DNA from: a virus
Reading direction: 5' to 3' (one strand)
Length of the DNA stretch: 55,901 bases
IMG/VR virus record: IMGVR_UViG_3300014039_000007
Location: 1-55,901 of that record
A program made the position numbers and the translations under genes. The notes below the pieces were generated by a model, which ran no database searches, was not told the origin of the DNA, and saw only the letters and a program-made list of their open reading frames with translations. The first letter of the stretch is position 1. Every line of letters starts with the position of its first letter. Positions 1-7,405 of the stretch are shown piece by piece.

Positions 1-86
1 TTCGGTTTTATTCAAGGTGTATTAAAAGCATATAGAATACCGTTTGAATTAGTATCGCCTCAGAAGTGGAAAAAGGAATTTAGTGT
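1..86. repeat. 86-nt terminal overlap identical to 55816..55901 (closure of a circular or circularly permuted genome unit of 55,815 bp)
   Basis: First and last 86 nt are identical when compared directly. One ORF reads in frame across the junction. Confidence 0.95.
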
Positions 87-231
87 AACCAGTGATAAGA
101 ATACTTCTATTGAAGTATGTAAGAGATTATTTCCAAATGTCAATTTAAAAGCAACTGAAAGATGTAAGAAAGACCATGATGGCATGGCGGAGGCTCTGCT
201 TATGGCAGAGTATGCAAGGAGGAAATTATGA
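1..231 (+). CDS. RuvC-like Holliday junction resolvase, C-terminal part (N-terminal part is 55603..55901)
   Basis: Frame 1 is open from nt 1 to TGA 229-231. The joined protein starts MIYIGIDPGKNGG and ends ...HDGMAEALLMAEYARRKL (RuvC/RNase H-like motifs). Confidence 0.8.
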   Translation, partial: FGFIQGVLKAYRIPFELVSPQKWKKEFSVTSDKNTSIEVCKRLFPNVNLKATERCKKDHDGMAEALLMAEYARRKL

Positions 232-779
232 GTAGAAGAGACAATATTAAGGTTAATACATCTGAATACAAAACAGCAGAATCTATAATGAAGAATGTGG
301 ATTCTATAAGCAATACAATCAAGGAAATATCTGATGGACTTGTAAATAAGTATTGCAAGGATTTAGATGATATTATGCTGAATATTCGTACAACATTAGG
401 ACAATGTAATGTATCTGATGAATACTTAGAGACCTCTATATTAGGGCTTGCTAATATATTATACTTTGTAGGTTCTGCTCAAGAGGATTTAGGTATTAAG
501 GAAGATACATGCAAAGCTATAAGACAGGAAGTATATTCTAAAGCAAGAGAACAGGCTACAGGAAAGACAATAGCAGATAAGACAGCACAGGCAGAGCTTA
601 TAGCACAAGCAGAAACAATGACACTTGCTATATATTCAAGAGCTTATAAAAAGGTAAAGTTGAGGATGGATGCAGGTTATGAAATGCTGAACAGTTTGAA
701 AAAGGTAATGAATAAGCGAATATCTGAATTGGAATTATCCAACAGCAGATATATAAATCATTCAGATAATCAAGATTAA
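228..779 (+). CDS. hypothetical protein (183 aa)
   Basis: ORF track. ATGA start/stop overlap with the upstream gene. Confidence 0.6.
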   Translation: MSRRDNIKVNTSEYKTAESIMKNVDSISNTIKEISDGLVNKYCKDLDDIMLNIRTTLGQCNVSDEYLETSILGLANILYFVGSAQEDLGIKEDTCKAIRQEVYSKAREQATGKTIADKTAQAELIAQAETMTLAIYSRAYKKVKLRMDAGYEMLNSLKKVMNKRISELELSNSRYINHSDNQD

Positions 780-791
780 GGAGGTAATTAT

Positions 792-905
792 ATGTTATAT
801 TGTGATGAGTATGATAAAGATTGCAGTGAGGTTACATCTGAAGAATGTGATAATGGCTGTTGTGACAATTGTATGTATTGTGTTGTATGTACAGATGAAG
901 AATGA
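792..905 (+). CDS. Cys-rich micro-protein (37 aa, 8 Cys)
   Basis: AAGGAGG lies 7 nt upstream of ATG 792. Product is MLYCDEYDKDCSEVTSEECDNGCCDNCMYCVVCTDEE. It is below the ORF-track size cutoff. Confidence 0.45.
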   Translation: MLYCDEYDKDCSEVTSEECDNGCCDNCMYCVVCTDEE

Positions 906-944
906 AACAGCGGATATATAAATTATAGTGAAGGAGAATAATAA

Positions 945-1234
945 ATGATACTTATAAGTGATAGTATTATAAAACAAAGTATTGATTTTTATGGCGAGGA
1001 TATACAATCAACTGTATGTATGAAAGAATGTGCAGAACTTATTCAGGCAATCAGTAAGCAAAAAAGATGTAATTCAGATAGAAATAAAGAGCATATGACA
1101 GAGGAAATTGCTGATGTTCTTATTTGCATTAAATTATTACAAAATATATATATGGTATTTCTGATGGTCATATAGAAGATTGGATAATACGCAAACAAGC
1201 AAGAGTGTATCAAAGAATTAAAGGTGATAACTAA
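945..1234 (+). pseudogene. MazG-like nucleoside triphosphate pyrophosphohydrolase, reading frame broken in an (AT)5 run
   Basis: ECAELIQAISK...EEIADVLICIKLLQNIY matches the MazG-type helix pattern. After (AT)5 at 1144..1153 the sense continues in frame +2 (GISDGHIEDWIIRKQARVYQRIKGDN*, stop 1232-1234). Removing one AT unit gives one 95-aa ORF. Confidence 0.6.
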
Positions 1235-1389
1235 TGGTTTATGCATGGGACAATAATAGTACTCAAAATGCTCATATAAAGCATTCAAACGATAATAGAC
1301 AGAAAGCTTATATGGAACACAGAGACGATAAGGCATATGGGAGATTTAAACATATGCTGGATTATGGGAAAGGAGCAAAAAAACTATGA
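1234..1389 (+). CDS. hypothetical small protein (51 aa)
   Basis: TAATG overlap upstream and ATGA overlap downstream suggest translational coupling. Below the ORF-track cutoff. Confidence 0.4.
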   Translation: MVYAWDNNSTQNAHIKHSNDNRQKAYMEHRDDKAYGRFKHMLDYGKGAKKL

Positions 1390-1784
1390 CAAATAGAGAG
1401 AAATTTGCAGAACAGATTTTAGATGTGGCTTGTAGTGGCAACAAATTAGCAGTTAACAAAGCAACATTAGAGCTGTCAAGGTGCTTTAGCTTAGCGTGTA
1501 AAGATTGTTTATTCAACACGCATGGTCTTGGTTCTTGCGCAGACAAAAGAAAAAAATGGGCGAATAGTGAATATGTTGAACCACCTATTGATTGGTCAAA
1601 AGTTGCAGTTGATACACCAATACTGGTAAGAGACAGTGCCCGTTCAGAGTGGGTTAAAAGGTATTTTGCAAAATACGAGAATGGAGACGTTTATGCTTGG
1701 TGTGCTGGAACAGCATCGTGGAGTAGTGATGGGTGTACAACAGCATGGGAACTAGCTAAACTTCCGGAAAGGAGCAGGCAATGA
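1386..1784 (+). CDS. hypothetical protein (132 aa)
   Basis: ORF track. Overlapping stop/start with neighbours. Confidence 0.6.
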   Translation: MTNREKFAEQILDVACSGNKLAVNKATLELSRCFSLACKDCLFNTHGLGSCADKRKKWANSEYVEPPIDWSKVAVDTPILVRDSARSEWVKRYFAKYENGDVYAWCAGTASWSSDGCTTAWELAKLPERSRQ

Positions 1785-2302
1785 ATATTGATGAAGCGAT
1801 AGCACATGCAATAGAGTTTGCTACAATACAAAGAAATAACGAAAAACTCAATAGAACTTTAAGAAATGCAAGCCCTTATATCAATGAGAATTGTATAAAG
1901 TGTGTGGAAGAACACGAGCAACTTGCAAAGTGGTTAGAACAACTAAAAGAATATGAGGATTTAGAGGAACAGGGCAGACTTATCAAATTGCCTTGTAAGG
2001 TGGGAGATACGTATTACAGCATTGAAGTTAATACGGGCTCCTGTGAAGAATGTGTCCACTTTCAAAGAGGATATTACTGTGACGATTGGTGTACGAATAA
2101 TAATGTACGAGATGATAATGGTGATATGTTAATTAATCCGCAATATTCAGATAAGGCGTTTTGTAAAAATCATTTTTATGAAATTAATAAATGCTGTTTT
2201 GACAATGTTGATGACATTTTTAATTTACGAAAGTGCTTGGGTAAAACAATATTTCTCACAAAGTCCGAAGCCGAACAGAAACTAAAGGAAATGGAGAGGT
2301 GA
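1781..2302 (+). CDS. hypothetical Cys-rich protein (173 aa)
   Basis: ORF track. Coupled starts. Confidence 0.6.
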   Translation: MNIDEAIAHAIEFATIQRNNEKLNRTLRNASPYINENCIKCVEEHEQLAKWLEQLKEYEDLEEQGRLIKLPCKVGDTYYSIEVNTGSCEECVHFQRGYYCDDWCTNNNVRDDNGDMLINPQYSDKAFCKNHFYEINKCCFDNVDDIFNLRKCLGKTIFLTKSEAEQKLKEMER

Positions 2303-2730
2303 AGAAAATGACAGATAAACAAAAATACGCCATTAAAATAGCCATAAATACTATGAATAAGCATTTTGGCAGGCATTACAACACAGTTTATGGTAATCAG
2401 GAGTTAGGTATGAGTGTTGGATATGATGAAGCAATAAACATTTTGTCAGATATGCTTTCAAATGTCGACAGTCACACTTGCAACTGCCCACACAACAGCA
2501 ATTCAAGAGATAATGAGCCTTGTTGCAGATGTGATAGCAGAAAGACCAATGCCGACAAGATAAGGAATATGTCGAATGAAGAATTAGCAGATTGGCTCAA
2601 CAATATGTGCAATTTTGAAAAGGATGAAGAGCCCTATAAGTCAATTTATAATCTTGAAACCGAAAAAGAGGAAGAAATCCACGATAGTTATGGGGATTTA
2701 TTGATATGGCTTCAATCAGAAGCAGAATAG
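2299..2730 (+). CDS. hypothetical protein (143 aa)
   Basis: ORF track. Coupled start. Confidence 0.6.
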   Translation: MKKMTDKQKYAIKIAINTMNKHFGRHYNTVYGNQELGMSVGYDEAINILSDMLSNVDSHTCNCPHNSNSRDNEPCCRCDSRKTNADKIRNMSNEELADWLNNMCNFEKDEEPYKSIYNLETEKEEEIHDSYGDLLIWLQSEAE

Positions 2731-2741
2731 GAGAGAATGAT

Positions 2742-3206
2742 ATGGAAGATAGATATTTATTTAAGGCAAAGAGACTTGATAACGGAGAATGGGTGCACGG
2801 ATATTATGTAAAAGGTTTAAATATGTTTGCCAAAGAGGTTCATCTAATATTTGAGCCTGCCACGCTATTTTATTCTAGTGGAAAAACAGATGGGTGGAAC
2901 GAAATAGACTCAACCACCATCTGCCAATGTACCGGACTTAAGGATAAGAATGGCAATTTGATATGGGAGGGCGATGTTATTCACAAACCATCCTATACAG
3001 ATTATGATGCCTATGTTAATTCAGAAGCATATACTGGGCGTGTTCAGTATGAAGATGGCGGTTGGTCTGTAGAAATTACAAGGTCTGATGGAAGTGTATG
3101 TGTATCACCTATTATTGAGATGATTGCTTATTCAAAAGATATAGAACATTCTGAAGTTATTGGCAACATTTTTGACAACCCAGATTTGTTAGAAAGTGAT
3201 GGATGA
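2742..3206 (+). CDS. YopX-family protein
   Basis: MEDRYLFKAKRLDNGEWVHGYYV...CTGLKDKNGNLIWEGDVI...VIGNIFDNPDLLE. AGGAGAG RBS precedes ATG 2742, which is in frame with track ORF 2706. Confidence 0.75.
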   Translation: MEDRYLFKAKRLDNGEWVHGYYVKGLNMFAKEVHLIFEPATLFYSSGKTDGWNEIDSTTICQCTGLKDKNGNLIWEGDVIHKPSYTDYDAYVNSEAYTGRVQYEDGGWSVEITRSDGSVCVSPIIEMIAYSKDIEHSEVIGNIFDNPDLLESDG

Positions 3207-3402
3207 CATGGAATATGAAAAGGCAATAAAAGGAAAAAAGTTCATAGGATTGAATGGTAAATTATGTAGACATCATAAATATTGGTGCCGTCTGCACGAG
3301 ATATATCTATCTGAACAGGATGTTATAAAAAAGCATTGTAAAAATAAGTATACATTCGATATGATTAGCCGATACAGATGCGGAAATTTGGAGGAATTAT
3401 AA
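3196..3402 (+). CDS. hypothetical Cys/His-rich protein (68 aa)
   Basis: ORF track. Confidence 0.5.
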   Translation: MMDDMEYEKAIKGKKFIGLNGKLCRHHKYWCRLHEIYLSEQDVIKKHCKNKYTFDMISRYRCGNLEEL

Positions 3403-4421
3403 TGAGTAATCTTAATTTAATTATAAAAGACTTAAATAAAAAGATGAAGGTAGGAAATATTCAGTTAGGAGTTGATTTTCAGGAGGTACAGAAAATTCCA
3501 TTTTCATCCTGTCGTTTGAATTATATGACTTATGGTGGAATCCCGGTTGGAAGAATAGCAGAATTTTACGGTACTGACGGAAGTGGAAAGACAACAACCG
3601 CTATTGATGTAGCAGGAAATGCACAAAAGATGTTTCTTGATAAGAAAGTATTATTTGTGGATATAGAACACACCTTTGACCCAGTATGGGCGACAAAGCT
3701 GGGATTGAATTGTGATGATTTGTTGTATTTAGACCCTGACAGCATGGGTGCAGAAGAAGTATTTAATATTATAATAGACATAATAGACAGTGGAGAAATA
3801 AGCCTTTGTATATTAGATTCTATTGGAGCTATGGTATCTATGCAGGCGAATGAAAAGGAAATCGGTGAGAGAACATATGGTGGAATTAGTATGGCTTTAA
3901 CTGAATTTACTAAGAAAATAACCCCAGTATTAGCCAGAACACAGGCAGGCTTTATTGGCATAAATCAGGCAAGAGATGACATGAACAGTCCTTATGGTGG
4001 AACTACTACAACAGGTGGAAAGTGTTGGAGACATGGTTGCAGTACAAGGCTTGAATTTAGAAAAGGAAATTACATTGATGAAAAAGGAAATAATCTTTCA
4101 AGAGCTTGTGAAAACCCGGCTGGAAATATAGTCAATGTAGCTTTAATCAAGTCTAAGGTTGTTAGACTTGATAGAAAAGTAGGATTTTATACATTAAAAT
4201 ATCTTGAAGGAATTGACTATGTATCAGATGCAGTTGATGTAGCCATCAAGATGGGATTGGTTGCGCAAGGCGGAGCATGGTTCTCTTTAGTTGATGTAGA
4301 AACAGATGAAATATTAAGCAAATACCAGGGTAAATCCAAGCTAGTCGAGTATCTAAAGGAAAATGATAACTATGAAGATTTTTATTCAAAATTGGAGAAA
4401 TTATTAAACGAAGAATGTTAA
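3402..4421 (+). CDS. recA: RecA-family recombinase (RecA/UvsX/Sak4-like)
   Basis: Walker A GTDGSGKTT and Walker B LCILDSIG. GGAGG RBS precedes ATG 3402, which is in frame with track ORF 3378. Confidence 0.75.
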   Translation: MSNLNLIIKDLNKKMKVGNIQLGVDFQEVQKIPFSSCRLNYMTYGGIPVGRIAEFYGTDGSGKTTTAIDVAGNAQKMFLDKKVLFVDIEHTFDPVWATKLGLNCDDLLYLDPDSMGAEEVFNIIIDIIDSGEISLCILDSIGAMVSMQANEKEIGERTYGGISMALTEFTKKITPVLARTQAGFIGINQARDDMNSPYGGTTTTGGKCWRHGCSTRLEFRKGNYIDEKGNNLSRACENPAGNIVNVALIKSKVVRLDRKVGFYTLKYLEGIDYVSDAVDVAIKMGLVAQGGAWFSLVDVETDEILSKYQGKSKLVEYLKENDNYEDFYSKLEKLLNEEC

Positions 4422-4429
4422 TTATCGAC

Positions 4430-4466
4430 AAGTTATCCGCATTAAATTGTGGGTAACTTTTTGTTT
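4430..4466 (+). terminator. rho-independent terminator
   Basis: AAGTTATCC / GGGTAACTT stem (9 bp, one G-U) followed by TTTTGTTTATTTTT. Confidence 0.7.
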
Positions 4467-4482
4467 ATTTTTAAAAAATCAC

Positions 4483-4511
4483 TTGACATACATATTTGTA
4501 TGTGTTACAAT
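4483..4511 (+). promoter_or_regulatory. early promoter copy P1 (TTGACA-17-TACAAT, TG-extended, palindromic spacer)
   Basis: TTGACA 4483-4488, TACAAT 4506-4511, upstream A-tract. Confidence 0.75.
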
Positions 4512-4554
4512 ATACTTGTAAGTAAGAAATACATAATTTAAGGGGACAAAAAAC

Positions 4555-4731
4555 ATGAAGTTTAGATTTATCATGAATGGAGAATATGTTACAAGAAAGA
4601 CATTTGAAGATTGTTATAGTAAAGTAGAAACAAGAAGAATAATAAATGAATTAAAGAATGACCCTTGGGCAACAATTTATCTTAATGATGGAATGGATGA
4701 AGTTTTTGCTTATAATTTTTTTAATACATAG
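4555..4731 (+). CDS. small protein (58 aa), first gene after P1
   Basis: AAGGGG RBS. Product is MKFRFIMNGEYVTRKTFEDCYSKVETRRIINELKND... Confidence 0.5.
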   Translation: MKFRFIMNGEYVTRKTFEDCYSKVETRRIINELKNDPWATIYLNDGMDEVFAYNFFNT

Positions 4732-4751
4732 AAAGGCAAAAGGTGATTGAT

Positions 4752-5057
4752 ATGAAAATTTGGAATAGTAGAAATAGTAAATTTGAAAATGTGTCAGTTG
4801 GTGTGAGATGTATTGTTGCTCGATGTGCTTCGGGAAAATCTTATTTTGGCGAATTTGGAACAGTCACGAAAGAACTGAAAAATCATCTTGTTATAACAAC
4901 AGATTCAGGTTCAATTATTAAAGTAAATGATATGTTCAGACCTATTGGTAAATTTTCAGAATATTTTGCCTCTCTAAATATTGAAAATAGGGAAGATATG
5001 ATTACGGAGAGAGTATGTATTTGGAACAGTAAGAAGCAGACTTTTGATTATAAATAA
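4752..5057 (+). CDS. hypothetical protein (101 aa)
   Basis: AAAGGTG RBS 6 nt before ATG 4752, in frame with track ORF 4743. Confidence 0.55.
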   Translation: MKIWNSRNSKFENVSVGVRCIVARCASGKSYFGEFGTVTKELKNHLVITTDSGSIIKVNDMFRPIGKFSEYFASLNIENREDMITERVCIWNSKKQTFDYK

Positions 5058-5073
5058 AAGGAGAGAGTGTGTC

Positions 5074-5613
5074 ATGAAAGAAATATTTAAACAAATACAT
5101 AGATTTCAGAATGTGGATTTTGAAGAGGGTAAATCATTTGAGTTTACCCTAAACAGAAAAGAAAATAATAATACTGATTGGTTATGTCCACCGGTTCAGA
5201 AGATGGAAGTTGGAAAGTCATATAAAATAACAGTTAAAAAATATATGACTGAACCAGCTACATCAACATTTGATTTTCAAGATAAATGGAACAACGGAAA
5301 GCCAATGCCTCTTTGTATAATGCAGGGAGAAGTTATAAAAGAAACTCGTGGAATGTATTATATGAACTTACAAGGAAAAGCAGAACCCACATCAAAATGC
5401 CTTGTATGTGGAAAAAATCTTACAAATCCGGTTTCTAAACTATATGGAGTAGGTCCAGAATGTAGTGATAAAATAGGACTAATAAGAATAGAAAGTGAGG
5501 AAGAAGTAAAAGAAAAACTAAAAGACATTATGGAGCAAATTGATGATATAACTTGGAAAGGTTGGGTGATTAAATCAGCAATTAAAGAATGGGAGGAGAT
5601 TGAACATGACTAG
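5074..5613 (+). CDS. hypothetical protein with zinc-ribbon motif
   Basis: AAGGAG RBS before ATG 5074. Motif CLVCGKNLTNPVSKLYGVGPEC. Confidence 0.55.
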   Translation: MKEIFKQIHRFQNVDFEEGKSFEFTLNRKENNNTDWLCPPVQKMEVGKSYKITVKKYMTEPATSTFDFQDKWNNGKPMPLCIMQGEVIKETRGMYYMNLQGKAEPTSKCLVCGKNLTNPVSKLYGVGPECSDKIGLIRIESEEEVKEKLKDIMEQIDDITWKGWVIKSAIKEWEEIEHD

Positions 5614-5827
5614 GGAAGAGTGTGAAGATAAGATTTTAGAGAAGTTAAAAGAAATAAGAGAAATAGTAAAAAAGTATGACAACAGTGATAAAGGTGCTTT
5701 GGACATGGTGATTAGTAATGAGAAAGATTATATCGCTGTATTTAATAGTTCATCCGTATCTGGAAGAATGAATACTGCGATAGATTTTACTGTAATGAAT
5801 GGGGAGGTGTATCATTTTGACAACTAG
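5606..5827 (+). CDS. hypothetical protein (73 aa)
   Basis: GGGAGGAG RBS 7 nt before ATG 5606. Confidence 0.5.
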   Translation: MTREECEDKILEKLKEIREIVKKYDNSDKGALDMVISNEKDYIAVFNSSSVSGRMNTAIDFTVMNGEVYHFDN

Positions 5828-6155
5828 AGATTATTCAGATATGCAAGAGAAACATATAGCAAAAGTAACAGGTGGAAAAGTACAGAGCAACTCTGGTGGA
5901 ACAAAGTTCGGTGGAGGTGATGTCCACACAGATAAATTCTTTATAGAAGCAAAAACACCAACAAAAGAACAGACATCTTTTTCAATTAAAAAAGAATGGC
6001 TAACTAAAATGAGAGAACAGGCTTTTGAACAAGGGAAAGAATGTGGTGTGTTAGCTTTTAGATTTCATCCACATGGAAACGATTTCTATATATTAAGTGA
6101 AAGACAGTTTTTAGATTATTTAAGATATAAGGAGAATAAAGATGAAACGATATAA
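5799..6155 (+). CDS. possible PD-(D/E)XK-type nuclease
   Basis: GGGDVHTDKFFIEAKT fits D...ExK. The start is uncertain (ATG 5799, or TTG 5817 after GGAGGTG). Confidence 0.4.
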   Translation: MGRCIILTTRDYSDMQEKHIAKVTGGKVQSNSGGTKFGGGDVHTDKFFIEAKTPTKEQTSFSIKKEWLTKMREQAFEQGKECGVLAFRFHPHGNDFYILSERQFLDYLRYKENKDETI

Positions 6156-6219
6156 TTTATTACAGGAAGATGATTTGATAAAAGGCAGACATTATGAGGT
6201 TGTTAGTATAATTGGATGA
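6142..6219 (+). CDS. short ORF (25 aa) ending at a TGA that is in frame with 6232..6459
   Basis: Strong AAGGAG RBS 7 nt before ATG 6142. Same frame as the next ORF. Confidence 0.35.
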   Translation: MKRYNLLQEDDLIKGRHYEVVSIIG

Positions 6220-6231
6220 AATCCAAATCCT

Positions 6232-6459
6232 ATGAGTGAAACAGCTTATTATGATAAGTATGGGAATTGGTGTGGTATTCCTGATAATCATACAATTTTA
6301 GACATCATAGATAATAGTGTCATGCTGGTATTAGTTAAAGAAAATCCAGAGCGATATAAAGAAATTGTATTAGGTGGTTCCTATGATGATGGAAAATTTA
6401 ATAATAAGCGTTGCAGGACTTCTTATATAGACTGTGAAGAAATGGAGGAATTACAGTAA
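6232..6459 (+). CDS. hypothetical protein (75 aa), possibly the C-terminal part of a 6142..6459 product
   Basis: ORF track. No SD before ATG 6232. Confidence 0.45.
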   Translation: MSETAYYDKYGNWCGIPDNHTILDIIDNSVMLVLVKENPERYKEIVLGGSYDDGKFNNKRCRTSYIDCEEMEELQ

Positions 6460-6527
6460 TGGCAAAAGAATCACTGGCAGTAAAATATCGTCCTAAAACA
6501 GTTGACGATATGACCCTTTACAAATAA
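6459..6527 (+). pseudogene. remnant/duplicate of the clamp-loader 5' end (22 codons)
   Basis: MAKESLAVKYRPKTVDDMTLYK* compared with the N-terminus of 7398 gene MASQSLATKYRPTDFSSLT. Confidence 0.6.
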
Positions 6528-6568
6528 ATATAATTGTTTTATAATATAGTCCAAGGAGGTTTGATGAT

Positions 6569-7405
6569 ATGTATGGATATATTTATAAAACAACAAATTT
6601 ATTAAATGGAAAAATTTATATTGGACAGCATAAGGCAGAGACATATGATTTTTCTTACTATGGTAGTGGTAAAATATTAAAATTAGCTGTTGAAAAATAT
6701 GGTATTGATAATTTTTCAAATGAATTATTATGTGAATGTGATTCTAAGAATGATTTGGATAAAATGGAAAAGTATTTTATAAAAAAATATGATAGTAGAA
6801 ATCCATTAGTTGGTTATAACATATCATTCGGTGGTGATGGCGGAGATACTTTTACAGGTCTTCCTGATAAGGAAAAACAGGAAAGAATAAATAAGTTAAA
6901 AGTAAATGGGTATTTTTCAAAATTGACATACGAACAAAATAGAGATATGCACTTAAAGGGATGGGAGACAAGAAGAAAAAATGGGAATGATAAGTTCTCT
7001 GAATCAGCAAGAAAGAAGATGAGTGAATCACATAAAGGGTTAAAACCTACAAAGTCACAGATAAAAAAGATGTTAAAAACAAAGGGCGAATATCACCATT
7101 CAGCAGAGACAAAACAAAAAATAAGAAATTCAAATTTAGGTAAAAAGAAAAATTTAACAGACGAACAAAGAAATAAACTATCTGAAAGAGGAAAAAAATT
7201 AAAGGGGGTAAATAATCCATTTTATGGAAAACATCATTCAGAAGAAACGAAAAAAATTATAAGTGAAAAATGTGGTGATAATGCAAAAGACACTGTATGG
7301 GTGCATGATGATGTACGCTCATATCGAGTAAAAAAGAATGAACTAGAAAAATATATTAAAGACCTAGGATATGAATTAGGCAGAAAGAGGTGGAAAAATG
7401 GCTAG
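6569..7405 (+). CDS. GIY-YIG homing endonuclease with NUMOD3-like repeats (free-standing)
   Basis: YGYIYKTTNLLNGKIYIGQ, then repeated (S/H)xETKxKI motifs. AAGGAGG RBS. Own TTTACA-17-TATAAT promoter at 6517-6545. Confidence 0.85.
   Translation: MYGYIYKTTNLLNGKIYIGQHKAETYDFSYYGSGKILKLAVEKYGIDNFSNELLCECDSKNDLDKMEKYFIKKYDSRNPLVGYNISFGGDGGDTFTGLPDKEKQERINKLKVNGYFSKLTYEQNRDMHLKGWETRRKNGNDKFSESARKKMSESHKGLKPTKSQIKKMLKTKGEYHHSAETKQKIRNSNLGKKKNLTDEQRNKLSERGKKLKGVNNPFYGKHHSEETKKIISEKCGDNAKDTVWVHDDVRSYRVKKNELEKYIKDLGYELGRKRWKNG

Noticed and set aside
6217-6219. Genome-wide TGA reassignment (genetic code 4 or 25).
   Set aside because: TGA cleanly terminates many well-defined genes whose downstream neighbours start with their own SD. 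Only this one in-frame TGA was noticed.
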